A DNA stretch of 64,000 nt, taken from an uncultured cyanobacterium (GTDB taxonomy: Bacteria > Cyanobacteriota > Cyanobacteriia > Pseudanabaenales > Pseudanabaenaceae). Within the stretch, counting starts at the first letter, position 1. Every line of letters starts with the position of its first letter. The stretch is taken from contig OY969811.1 in assembly GCA_963703315.1 (NCBI GenBank), forward strand, positions 3,360,001 through 3,424,000. Direction: 5' to 3'. Shown piece by piece: positions 9,477 to 19,617 of the stretch. The translations under genes and the position numbers were made by a program. Below the pieces are notes generated by a model. It was not told the origin of the DNA and searched no databases. It saw only the letters and a program-made list of their open reading frames with translations.

Positions 9477-10661
9477 ATGAATATTTTGACGGGTGTTGGT
9501 CTAGTACTCGCGATCTTAGCTAGTCTGGGTTTATTGCTGTGGTTGCTATTTGAATGGCAATACCGAACGCGACAGGGAAACTTACTCGAATTTGATAGCG
9601 GTCTATGGCAATTTTTAACCTACGAGCCAAATCATTATCGTTTGGAGTTATTACTCACAGCGACTAACAAAACTCGCAAACTTGATGTGTTTTTGGTGGA
9701 GGTAAATCCTGTGGTATCGTTGCTAGCCAATGACACCCTCGAAGGGATTAATACTCAAGTCCAATTGCGATCGCGCCATCCTAATCTCCCAAGTCGCAGT
9801 GATAATTACTGGGAATCTTATATTGTTACGCCCAATCACAGTACTGGAGTTGAGATTCAAATTGATATTAGCGGCAAAAATTTAGAAGACCTCAGAACTG
9901 CATGGGTACGAGTTCACTACACAATTTATGGTCCTGGGGGACGCGAGGAAAAAGTCAAGCATTGCATTATCCCTCTGCAATTTCCTGATGCTAATCAGAA
10001 AGAACGCTGGCGACCTACTCCTGATGCTGATGTCTTACCGATCCGTACCCATATTTTATCCGCAGGTGATAGTCCCGTGGAAGTCATGCAACGCTATGTC
10101 ATGAATCATGCCCAAGCAGGGGATATTGTGACGATCGCGGAAACACCGATCGCGATTATGCAAGGTAATTTCTATCATCCTAGTGATATCCAGCCTAAAT
10201 GGTTAGCAAAACGTTTGTGCTACTACTTTAAGAGTGCTTCTAGTCTAGCCACTGCCTGCGGTCTGCAATCACTCATTAATGAGTCAGGTGCATGGCGCGT
10301 CGCTTTTGCCTTTATCATCGGTTCCGTTGCCAAAGCCCTATTCCAAATTCCTGGGGTTTTTTATATGCTGGCGGGTGAACAGGCGAGGCTGATCGATGAT
10401 GTCACTGGCACTCTACCGCCCTACGATCAGTTTATTGTGTTAGGTCCTAAAAACCCTCAAGCTGTAGTTGATGAAATTAAAGCAGGTACAGGACTAGAAG
10501 CCGCGATCGTGGATGTCAACGATTTGCGGCGAGTCAAGGTTTTGGCAGCAACTTCAGAGGTTTCAGAAAAGCTACTTAATCAAGCTCTATTAATGAATCC
10601 TGCGGGAAATGCTGCCGAACAAACGCCAATCGTACTAATTCGTCCCAATAGCAGCAACTAA
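9477..10661 (+). CDS. Membrane-anchored F420-0:gamma-glutamyl ligase (CofE)-like protein
   Basis: N-terminal TM helix; C-terminal IRTH, IAETP, IDDVTGTLPPYD, VDVNDL and NPAGNAAEQTP motifs. Confidence 0.75.
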   Translation: MNILTGVGLVLAILASLGLLLWLLFEWQYRTRQGNLLEFDSGLWQFLTYEPNHYRLELLLTATNKTRKLDVFLVEVNPVVSLLANDTLEGINTQVQLRSRHPNLPSRSDNYWESYIVTPNHSTGVEIQIDISGKNLEDLRTAWVRVHYTIYGPGGREEKVKHCIIPLQFPDANQKERWRPTPDADVLPIRTHILSAGDSPVEVMQRYVMNHAQAGDIVTIAETPIAIMQGNFYHPSDIQPKWLAKRLCYYFKSASSLATACGLQSLINESGAWRVAFAFIIGSVAKALFQIPGVFYMLAGEQARLIDDVTGTLPPYDQFIVLGPKNPQAVVDEIKAGTGLEAAIVDVNDLRRVKVLAATSEVSEKLLNQALLMNPAGNAAEQTPIVLIRPNSSN

Positions 10662-10903
10662 TACCAATTCAAAAAATGGCGTTGCCATTTTTTGAATCTT
10701 ACAACCTTGATATAGCAAAAAAGTTTTGCAGGACATAAAACCCAAGAAGCGAGTGGCGGCGCGAAGCGCCGCCACTCGCTTCTTGGGTTTTGATTTGTAC
10801 TAGCTTCTTGTATTGCTATACCGATTCACCAAAGTGTTGTCACACTTTCGCAAACTAAAAAACAGAGAGGCGGCGCTTTGCGCCGCCTCTCTGTTTTTTA
10901 GTT
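10660..10903. mobile_element. Cluster of palindromic elements (A fragments, family B copy 10711-10820, terminal hairpin 10853-10903)
   Basis: Four separate inverted repeats between convergent genes; the B copy has tatagc/gctata ends. Confidence 0.75.
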
Positions 10904-13765
10904 CACAGTGACAGCAAACCTCACAAATCCATAGGAGTCAGTAGGATTGCCAGCAGTAACCGCATTAGGAAGAAACGCTGGATTAGTCACCACATTAAAT
11001 ACGATTAACCCATTGGTATTGTCGGCACTAGTCAGAGGTGCATAGCTATTGGGCGAAACTTCCTTTATGCAAGGATTGGGACTAGGGATACTACCAGCAG
11101 CATAGAAAGATGCGCGATCGCCATCAATAGCACTACTTGCATAGGCAGTTGGGGCAGTCGGCAGAACTGTGTTACTACTTGCTAATGCCATACCCAAATT
11201 TCCTCCTGTACTACCTGCATCCAAGGGCGTGAGTCCATTGTAAGTATTGTTCACAAAGGTGGTATTGGTGGGTACTAAGTCACAAATACTGAAATTAGTT
11301 GCATTCTTACTGCCAGCAGAGAGGAAATAAACTGTATATTCTAGGCGATCGCCTGTAGCAGTTGCCCCACCATCGACAGCACCTTTGAGATAGGTATTTG
11401 GTGTAGGCCACAAGGGATCGTTATCACCGTTATTAGCAATCCCATCCTCATTAAAGGTATTGAAGCTTTGAGCGCCAGTTGGGGCGATCGAACTTCCACC
11501 TCTTTTCACATCCGTAAGGCGCTTTACTAACACTACCTTTGGTGTCGGAGGAGTGAGCGTAACATCTTCGCCCGTACTAGATGCAGAGTCATAGGATACC
11601 GTTTTAGTCACCCCCGCCGATGTCCGCACAGGATCTGAATAGCTGACATTGACAGGATTTTGGTAAGTCCCTAGAGGTGCAGCACTGCCAATTGTCACAT
11701 TAAATGTAATTTGGACTTGTCCTCCTGGTGGAATCGTAAAAGTTCCCCAAGTTGGATTAGTACTTCCTGCGGTTGGATTAGTTACGGATGTCTGTACTGC
11801 ACCTCCACTAGGAGTAATGGCAGTAGTAGAAGCAAAGGTAAAGTTTGCAGGTAAAGGATCAGCGATGACCACATTGATGGCAGTGCCACTAGCCGCAGGA
11901 CTAGTCACAGGATTGGCAGTCGTGATTGTGTAGGTAGCCGTTAATGTCCCTGAAGCTGGTTTGACCAGTGTCGGTGTACTCGTAGTTTTAGTTACTGTCA
12001 ATGTAGGTAAACACAAAGCTCCAGGTCTCACCTCAGCCGCAGGAATTGGTGTTTGTTGCACTATGCCAATTACGCCGTTAGTTGCTCCATAGGGGTCAGC
12101 CGCAGGATCGGAACCTGGAGGACCTATTGCACCAGCAACATCATTTCCAGCTAATCCAAAAATAACATCAGTTGTTGGTGTAAAGCCCTGATAGGCAATA
12201 TAACCACCACCACCACCACCACCAGGTCCATGAGATGGATAGCCAGAATTAAGCCCTGCCCCACCTCTAGCATTGATAGTAATAGTAGGAGTTGAGGCTG
12301 TAACGGATTGAATTAAGACAGTACCACCTGCTCCACCGCCGCCGCCACCATCAGTGTCGTTTGGTGCTACGCCCTGAATTCCGTCGGCATTAATAGTACC
12401 AGTTCCCAGAACACGACCACTACGAACCATGACCATACCACCACCGCCACCTCCTGATGGCACATTACCCGTAGTAGAATTGTTAGAAGTTCCAGCACCG
12501 CCGCCACCACCTAGAAAAATGCGATTGACTGACGGGGAAACCGCAGTCCCACCAAATCCGCCAAATGGTTGTCTTTGAGGGGTGAAAGTATTGTCTGTCC
12601 AAGAGTCTCCTCCTTTACCACCAGCACCCGCATTAGCACCACCGCCGCCGCCAGTATTAGCGGAGTTTTCGCCTTTATTAGGGTCAGTTGAACCACCCCC
12701 TGCATTTGCAGGTGCGCCCCGTGAGAAACTACCTTGTGGATAACCCTCTATCCCATTATCTGTTACACCTGTAACTGGAGGAAATCCTCCATTTCTGGTA
12801 TAGCGAGGGGTTCCAGCAATTCCCTCTCCTTTAGATCCATCATAATTATTAGCTCCCGTAGGAGCTGGATTAACTCCAATTCCAGTGACTAATGGAGCAA
12901 CATGAACATAAGCACTATTTTGGGATGCCCCTGCTGTAGTCCCGTCTCCGCCTAGGTTTGTGCCACCACCACCGCGAAAACCTTGACCACTAACATCGAT
13001 CGCCCCTGCGCCACCAAAAGTTAAATCACCAGCGACATCGAAGGTTACAACCCCACCGACAGAACCATCCCAAGCATAGGATGTAACTGTTGCGTTAATA
13101 GTCGCGCTGGCATACTGAGGTACACGAATTACCTGATAGCGGCGTTGTCCAGCAGTACCTGTCGCATTTGCATTAGTAAAGGTAAATGCAAGAGGCTGAG
13201 AGATCGTAACGGTTCCTCCCGCAAGTGGAACGTTGTTGGTAGCAACTACATATTGATAGGAACCAGCAGTATTTAAAGCAGTAAAGCCACTACCAGTTCC
13301 ATTATTACCGCCATAGTTAGCGTCATTGGAAACACTAATCGATGCATCTTGCATCTGAATTACTAGTAGCAAATCACCTGCGGTAATAGGTGTTGGTGCG
13401 CCTTGAGCTGTGCCAAGAGGAATTGAGGTTGCTCCAGTGCTTACGGTGGCTGTCCCTGGGTAGTAAGTGTCAATGACACCAGCGAGAACTGTGGGATTTT
13501 CCTTGCCTGGTGTGCCGCACACGTCAGGTATGGCATAGGCAGGATTTAGAAAAACTAGTTGTGACGTTATAAATAAGCTAGCTAGAAAAACAGATGCTAA
13601 AGAAGCCCATTTTAAAGTGAATTTTCGAGAATACTGATTATCAGAATTTTTGATTCTGCTGAATTTGTTATTTTGTCTTATAGATGCTGCCGATCGCCTA
13701 TCTTTTTTACTAAAAAGTAGATGCAATATTTGATTAATAAGATTTTTCAACATTAATTTCAACAT
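10898..13765 (-). CDS. Large secreted Gly-rich protein with DUF11-type repeat domains (adhesin/fimbrial-like)
   Basis: Signal-like segment ending PAYA; many GGGGG tracts; LTVTKT...YTIT...DPLP and VKR...GDRLEYTVYF...CDLVP domains. Confidence 0.8.
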   Translation of the reverse strand: MLKLMLKNLINQILHLLFSKKDRRSAASIRQNNKFSRIKNSDNQYSRKFTLKWASLASVFLASLFITSQLVFLNPAYAIPDVCGTPGKENPTVLAGVIDTYYPGTATVSTGATSIPLGTAQGAPTPITAGDLLLVIQMQDASISVSNDANYGGNNGTGSGFTALNTAGSYQYVVATNNVPLAGGTVTISQPLAFTFTNANATGTAGQRRYQVIRVPQYASATINATVTSYAWDGSVGGVVTFDVAGDLTFGGAGAIDVSGQGFRGGGGTNLGGDGTTAGASQNSAYVHVAPLVTGIGVNPAPTGANNYDGSKGEGIAGTPRYTRNGGFPPVTGVTDNGIEGYPQGSFSRGAPANAGGGSTDPNKGENSANTGGGGGANAGAGGKGGDSWTDNTFTPQRQPFGGFGGTAVSPSVNRIFLGGGGGAGTSNNSTTGNVPSGGGGGGMVMVRSGRVLGTGTINADGIQGVAPNDTDGGGGGGAGGTVLIQSVTASTPTITINARGGAGLNSGYPSHGPGGGGGGGYIAYQGFTPTTDVIFGLAGNDVAGAIGPPGSDPAADPYGATNGVIGIVQQTPIPAAEVRPGALCLPTLTVTKTTSTPTLVKPASGTLTATYTITTANPVTSPAASGTAINVVIADPLPANFTFASTTAITPSGGAVQTSVTNPTAGSTNPTWGTFTIPPGGQVQITFNVTIGSAAPLGTYQNPVNVSYSDPVRTSAGVTKTVSYDSASSTGEDVTLTPPTPKVVLVKRLTDVKRGGSSIAPTGAQSFNTFNEDGIANNGDNDPLWPTPNTYLKGAVDGGATATGDRLEYTVYFLSAGSKNATNFSICDLVPTNTTFVNNTYNGLTPLDAGSTGGNLGMALASSNTVLPTAPTAYASSAIDGDRASFYAAGSIPSPNPCIKEVSPNSYAPLTSADNTNGLIVFNVVTNPAFLPNAVTAGNPTDSYGFVRFAVTVN

Positions 13766-15885
13766 TATTTCTTATCTCCCGTCTTTTCCAATTGCAAGTC
13801 TGATTCTTGGTTTTCAAAGCGAATTTCGACATCACGGACATCGGCAAATTCAATCTCAACTCGCCGATCGCGAGCATAGTCAGTAATTTGACTGCCCTGT
13901 GAGGCGCGTTGCGTTTCACCGAGCGATCGCACTGTCATGCGTTCTGAGGCGATACCCTGTCGCAGTAAGTAATTACGCACTGAGCGAGATCGCCTGAATC
14001 CCAACTCACGGTTATATTCATCGCTGGCTCTCGGATCGGTATGTCCTGAAAGGGTGATCACAATCGTGGGATATTGCCTTAATACATCAGCGATTTGATT
14101 CAAAATCTTGGCACTGGTGGGACTGATCTCGTCGCGATCGAGGGCAAAGTGGATTTGGCGTGACACAGATAGCACAATCGGATCGGGTGGGGTTGGAGTT
14201 TGGGCAATTTGCGGCGGTGTCGTACAGGCAGGAATAGCCGCTTGTACATTGGTAGGCGCAGGAACTGACAGATCGGGGTTAACTATACGTGCATTTAAAG
14301 CAGGTTCAGAAGTTCCATACTGAGGATCGGTGGCGATCGCACTGATGGTGTCGCCAACTTGGAGATTATTGAGGGAAGCTCCGAACTTACCATTAGCGTC
14401 GGTTTTAACGGTCGTCAGATATTCACTGAGGGAACCGTAGGGTAGATTTGGATCGGTTTTGTCAGTGACGCGATAGAGATCAATTTCTGTATTAGGGTCA
14501 GCCTTGCCATCAATATTGACTTGATTGGGCTGAAACATAGGGAAAGTTGTCGCTAAGAACGTTGGCGCATTGATTGCGCCATTGGCTGTATCCACGCGCC
14601 GAAAATGGGAATCGCGAGTTCGATTAATGCCATCACCTGTCCTAAAATCGCGATCGCCGACATGACGTTGGGAAATCAAATCAATGCTTAAACCTTTGAT
14701 TGCTGTAAAAGTATTGTTGCGAATCAAATTGCGATCGCTTTTAGGGAAAGCGGCGATCGCCACACCTGCACCCCGTTGATGGCGAATTTGGTTATTCGTG
14801 ACTTGATGATCATTGCCCATCAAGTAAATGGCGGCGTAGTTGGTGCTGCGATCGTTAAACAAAATGCGATTGTCTTCGATTTTAATCGCGCCATTAGGCT
14901 TGAACAGATAAATACCGCTACCATCATTGGCACAGAGGGTATTGCCCTTGATCCGTAAATTGGCAATTTCGCCTTCTAAATAGATTGCGTGGGGAATACC
15001 ATCAAAACCATTGCTAGTAATCGCATTTTCGATAATCTGAGTTCCTGTTGCCCTTACCGATGTGACGATGCCACTGCCCTCATGGTAGGCAATGCGATTA
15101 CGGTTAATGATCGTATCAGTGCTATTAAAGAGATAAATACCAAAACTAGAAGTTTGTTTCGGAACCTCGCCTGTGGGCGGAATACCGAGCCAATTCGCCT
15201 CAATCACTACGCCTTGAGGTGGAAGATTGCGGTCATAAAAGGGAGCAGATTGTGAAGGGGGCTGCTGTTGAGTGGTATTTGGTGGTGGTGACTGGTGGGA
15301 AATAAAAATATCGGCGGATGGGGTGGCGGTGGGAACGCTTTCGATCGCCTTAAATCCATAGACACTCAAGCCTCGGATCGTTACGCCATTTGCCACAATC
15401 GTGAAACCTCGGAAAATTGGCACACCATCCACAGGGGCGATCGCCACGATCGGCTGAGGAATGGCTAACTCTTGGGCAAAGGATTTTTGCGAGTCGTAGC
15501 CTGATTGGGTTGTACCATCAATGATTAGATTTTCACTGCTGAGGTCGGGTAGGGCTTGACGCAATCGAATCGTGGTGCGATCGCTCGGCAAGTCAAAGCC
15601 AATTTGGGAACCTTTGCCATTAGTTAGTGGTTTCACCTGAGCGCGTTCGGCATCGCTGAGTTGATTTAGGGCAAGTGTGCCATTGGCAAGTGCGATCGCT
15701 TCACGTAAAGTTACTTCGCGATCAGGTTGAATCTCGCCATCGCGATCGCTATTGACTGTAATTTGGTAATTCAGAATAGAGGTTTGGGCGATCGCCTGAT
15801 TGCTAATTACACCAGCAATTCCGCCACTAAAGCCAATTGTACCGATCAATATACCGATTACTTGATAGTTGTTTACTTGTCGCAT
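13765..15885 (-). CDS. Secreted beta-helix protein with C-terminal OmpA-like peptidoglycan-binding domain
   Basis: TLREAI motif, parallel beta-helix repeats, and IHFALD...GHTD...YNRELGFRRS...DRRVE OmpA motifs. Confidence 0.88.
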   Translation of the reverse strand: MRQVNNYQVIGILIGTIGFSGGIAGVISNQAIAQTSILNYQITVNSDRDGEIQPDREVTLREAIALANGTLALNQLSDAERAQVKPLTNGKGSQIGFDLPSDRTTIRLRQALPDLSSENLIIDGTTQSGYDSQKSFAQELAIPQPIVAIAPVDGVPIFRGFTIVANGVTIRGLSVYGFKAIESVPTATPSADIFISHQSPPPNTTQQQPPSQSAPFYDRNLPPQGVVIEANWLGIPPTGEVPKQTSSFGIYLFNSTDTIINRNRIAYHEGSGIVTSVRATGTQIIENAITSNGFDGIPHAIYLEGEIANLRIKGNTLCANDGSGIYLFKPNGAIKIEDNRILFNDRSTNYAAIYLMGNDHQVTNNQIRHQRGAGVAIAAFPKSDRNLIRNNTFTAIKGLSIDLISQRHVGDRDFRTGDGINRTRDSHFRRVDTANGAINAPTFLATTFPMFQPNQVNIDGKADPNTEIDLYRVTDKTDPNLPYGSLSEYLTTVKTDANGKFGASLNNLQVGDTISAIATDPQYGTSEPALNARIVNPDLSVPAPTNVQAAIPACTTPPQIAQTPTPPDPIVLSVSRQIHFALDRDEISPTSAKILNQIADVLRQYPTIVITLSGHTDPRASDEYNRELGFRRSRSVRNYLLRQGIASERMTVRSLGETQRASQGSQITDYARDRRVEIEFADVRDVEIRFENQESDLQLEKTGDKK

Positions 15886-15990
15886 AGCCTCTAATTTTTC
15901 AGGTTTAGAAATTGATCGGGGTGAATATGGGTAGAAGTGGGCGGCGCGATGCGCCGCCTATCTCTAGCTCAGTCAACGGTAATATATAGG

Positions 15991-18900
15991 TCATGGTGTC
16001 ACCGCCTGTGTTTTTGGTTGCTGGGCTACAGGGGCTTGTGGTTCGACGGGAGCTTGTTGTTGTGGGGGAGGCGTTTTTTGCAAGCCAAAGCCATCAAACA
16101 ATTCATTGAGCTTGATGGTAAGAGCCGCATATATCCCGCCTGCGGATCGCGTACCACTAAAATCGCGATCGGCATTGACGGAGCCAGTACTATAACCTGC
16201 GGCTACCCGTAGGTTGGGCGTGAGATAGTAACCAACTTCACCCACTAATCCCAACTCGCTATAACCTGCACTAGGTTGATTTAGGAATCTGGTCTCACCG
16301 ACTAGCTCAACGTTATAACCGAGGCGATAGGTGACGCGAAACTGCGTCAAATTTGTATTTGAGATACCCGTAAAGTCTCTTGCGATCGTGGTGGTGCTGT
16401 TTCGGAGCGCTAGTTTTCCGTAAAATTCCCATTGCCAGTTAGGAGCATAAATTCCTTCCAATGCAAGGGTGTGATCGGTATAGCCACTACCACTGCCTAA
16501 CAATAAAGAATCAGGAATAATATTAGGATTTTGGCGGTATTCATAACGGAGCAGAAAATTAAATTTATCGTCTTCAGGATCACGATAGGCAAGCCCAACT
16601 TTGAGATTGGAAATCGTTCCTAAACCAGATATTAACTGATTAGCAGCGCTCGATTGCTGATAGTTAAACAGTAGAGTAAATGCAGGAGAGAGCTTACCTA
16701 ATGCGGAAGCTGATACCACCGTGTTACTACTAACATCATTACTCCGAGTCTCAAACCTACCACTCGCTTTAAAGTCAGGATTATCTGTATATTCAAAGCC
16801 AACGCTATAGCTATCACCATTCTGGAAGGTCAGAGAACTAGAAGACTGACCAATGGCAAAGGGCTGTAGAAACTGAGTTCCCGTGGCAACAATCGTATTT
16901 GCAAAGCTGCCAAATATGCGTTCATAACCTAAACTTAGGCGTAATCCCGGTAAAACTTGCCAACGCTGATTTAAACCCAATGCACCTTGCGTAGAGGTCG
17001 TATTCCCACCACCAATGACGGAATAACGACCAGTAAGACTCGTATCACTGCCCAGTTTATATTCACCCAGCAAATCCGCACTGGTAATCGCACTACCAGC
17101 CAAAGAACCTGAATGGAACCATTGTTGACCTAATCGTGCGGTTAAACCTTCAACGATCGCCCAGTCCAGTGCTAAAACACTGCGATCGGGAATCACGGCA
17201 TCGGAGCTAGCGGAAAGGCTGATTTCGTTCTGAGCCGTTACTTTGAGATTGTCGGCAAGGGGAAAACTCAAACGCGATCGCAGTTGGGTGGAATTACTCG
17301 ATAAAAAATTAGGGGGCTGACGATCTTGGCGATCGCGATATAGCAAATCCAGATTTAGAAGGGCAGCGCCAAGAGTTTGTTGGACTCCTAAGCTAATCGT
17401 GCGTAAGGAATTGTTTACCAAAGAGCCGGGGATAGGGTCTTGGCGGGGATTAAGGAGATCGGCTAGGGTAGTTAATGGGCGGGGCGCAATACCGAGATTA
17501 TCTTCTTGATCGTATTGAAACTGAAGAATCGTGGTCGGACTAACCTTAGTGCTGACCTGCGCTCCATATTTAGTTTGTCCAGGAATAAAACTAATCGTGG
17601 CATTATTGGTGAAACCTGTTTCGGCTTTACTGTAATAGAGCTTTCCAATAATTCCTGAAGCAATTTCACTATTTAACTCAAAGCGCATCGCTGCACCAGC
17701 AACCTGTCCTAAGAGTTCGGAATCATTCTGAGATTTGGCATATTCGGCAATTAGTTGCGTCTTTTCGCCAAGGGAAATCAGCGCATTGACACCATAGAGA
17801 ATGAAACTCCGAATCCCAAGACTCTCTTTAAAATAGTTTGCCCCAATCCAAGAGGGTTGATTTTGGGTGCGGCTGAGGTGATAACGCAGTTGACCACCAT
17901 AGATATTGCTATTATCACCACCGATCTGCTCATTTTGATAGGTAACGACAATTTGACGACGTAGTAGTTGTCCCGCATCCCCTATTTCCGTTTGCAATAA
18001 TGGCTGGCGAAACAGAATTGACCCATTGTCATAGTTAATGTCATAGTCTTTGCCGCGCACTAGTTCTATGCGCGAAACCACTGTACCCGCACTAAAGAAA
18101 TCAATCAACTCGACAAAGATATTTTCACTACCACTAATCAAGAGACGGCGGGAGAGAAAGTAAGTACCACTAGTGCCATTAGGAGCGATCGTATCCCGTT
18201 GAAATCCTTTGCCAACAGTGCTATAAAAGCCCGTAATTTGCAAATCACCAAGGTTAAAGTTTCCTTTAAATCCATGCAATTGTCGCGAAATAGAACTAAA
18301 CTGCTGCGATCGCGAAGCAAACTCCTCAGTACTATAGTTACCCCACATGAAGTAATCGGTACTCGCGCCCTGCACAGGGGAGTTGCGTTCCAACTTCAAA
18401 TACACGCTGTCGTAGGATGGAGTCGTCAGCGTAGAAGTGGAACTATCGCCATAAACAGGATACTGAGGATCGCAATATTTGGAATTGCCGAATAAGTTGC
18501 TATTACCAGCGCAGTCTTGATTGAGGGTGCGACTATTGTTAAAGGCTCCTGTAAATAACCATTCACCAATTCGTCCTGTACCAAAAACAGCACCATATAA
18601 ATCAACTTGGGTGCGATTATTCAGATCCGCAGGCAAAAATTCACGGAGGCTGCGATAAAAATCTGTCCCTCGCGCACCAACCCGTAAATCAATTACCCCT
18701 GTCACTAAGGAAGGACGGAGATTCGTCTCAAACTGCACCTGTGTAAAGGCTTCCATTTGGGCAGTTGGAGAACTAGAAGAAATTGGAGAAGTGAGAGGAC
18801 TGAGCGCTCTCACTGTGACTGTTCCTGTTTTTAGTCCTGCTTTTAGCTGAGCGGTAAACTTGCCTTGCTTCGCTTGGACTTGAAACCCCGGTTGCTCTGG

Positions 18901-19617
18901 TGATGCATCCGTACCAATGAACTCACCATCACTCGCTTCTAGGGTGACTAAAGCATCCCAATTAGAGCGATCGCCTTTTTCATCTACTAAATATCCCTCA
19001 ACGGTGATGTATGATCTCCCATCGGCAGGAATCCGTGATTCTAGGGTACTGACCACCAATTTAGCAGGCGCACCCTTGACTTGGAGATTAACGGAACTCG
19101 CCTCTCCAGAATCGATCGCTTTTGCAGTAATTACGTTTTCACCAGCCCGCAAAGGCACACCATACCAAGTTTGGGTCAGAGTTTGATTCGCCTCATCTGG
19201 TTGCGATCGCCCAATTAATTTCGGATCAACGGGCTTACCATTGACCAAAAGCTCGATCTTGGTATTGCTTGGGATTTGGATGACCACCGTTGCCGTAGGT
19301 TGATCTAAAACTGCACCAACCGTAGGCGAAAGAATAACGATGCGTGGTGATGATTTCTCAGAATTAACATTAGTCTCTGAAGATTGAGCAATGATCTCAG
19401 AAGTAGCGATCGGTGGAGATTCAGGATTGTTTTCCTGACTATTTAAGGCTTTTTCTGGTTGTACTTCCGCCCGATCTGGACTAACTTGAGTGTCAACAAC
19501 ATCTACACCTACTTCCGCCGTAACCGTAGATGAAATCAGTACAAGTAAAATCTGCGGCAAGGTGAAACACCCTAACTTCAGCCCTGCTTTTACAAGAGGT
19601 ATAGAAAATTTTTTCAT
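15991..19617 (-). CDS. Large predicted outer-membrane beta-barrel protein with N-terminal Ig-like domains
   Basis: Signal peptide; Ig/Big-like segment (IPADGRS); long run of amphipathic beta strands. Confidence 0.75.
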   Translation of the reverse strand: MKKFSIPLVKAGLKLGCFTLPQILLVLISSTVTAEVGVDVVDTQVSPDRAEVQPEKALNSQENNPESPPIATSEIIAQSSETNVNSEKSSPRIVILSPTVGAVLDQPTATVVIQIPSNTKIELLVNGKPVDPKLIGRSQPDEANQTLTQTWYGVPLRAGENVITAKAIDSGEASSVNLQVKGAPAKLVVSTLESRIPADGRSYITVEGYLVDEKGDRSNWDALVTLEASDGEFIGTDASPEQPGFQVQAKQGKFTAQLKAGLKTGTVTVRALSPLTSPISSSSPTAQMEAFTQVQFETNLRPSLVTGVIDLRVGARGTDFYRSLREFLPADLNNRTQVDLYGAVFGTGRIGEWLFTGAFNNSRTLNQDCAGNSNLFGNSKYCDPQYPVYGDSSTSTLTTPSYDSVYLKLERNSPVQGASTDYFMWGNYSTEEFASRSQQFSSISRQLHGFKGNFNLGDLQITGFYSTVGKGFQRDTIAPNGTSGTYFLSRRLLISGSENIFVELIDFFSAGTVVSRIELVRGKDYDINYDNGSILFRQPLLQTEIGDAGQLLRRQIVVTYQNEQIGGDNSNIYGGQLRYHLSRTQNQPSWIGANYFKESLGIRSFILYGVNALISLGEKTQLIAEYAKSQNDSELLGQVAGAAMRFELNSEIASGIIGKLYYSKAETGFTNNATISFIPGQTKYGAQVSTKVSPTTILQFQYDQEDNLGIAPRPLTTLADLLNPRQDPIPGSLVNNSLRTISLGVQQTLGAALLNLDLLYRDRQDRQPPNFLSSNSTQLRSRLSFPLADNLKVTAQNEISLSASSDAVIPDRSVLALDWAIVEGLTARLGQQWFHSGSLAGSAITSADLLGEYKLGSDTSLTGRYSVIGGGNTTSTQGALGLNQRWQVLPGLRLSLGYERIFGSFANTIVATGTQFLQPFAIGQSSSSLTFQNGDSYSVGFEYTDNPDFKASGRFETRSNDVSSNTVVSASALGKLSPAFTLLFNYQQSSAANQLISGLGTISNLKVGLAYRDPEDDKFNFLLRYEYRQNPNIIPDSLLLGSGSGYTDHTLALEGIYAPNWQWEFYGKLALRNSTTTIARDFTGISNTNLTQFRVTYRLGYNVELVGETRFLNQPSAGYSELGLVGEVGYYLTPNLRVAAGYSTGSVNADRDFSGTRSAGGIYAALTIKLNELFDGFGLQKTPPPQQQAPVEPQAPVAQQPKTQAVTP

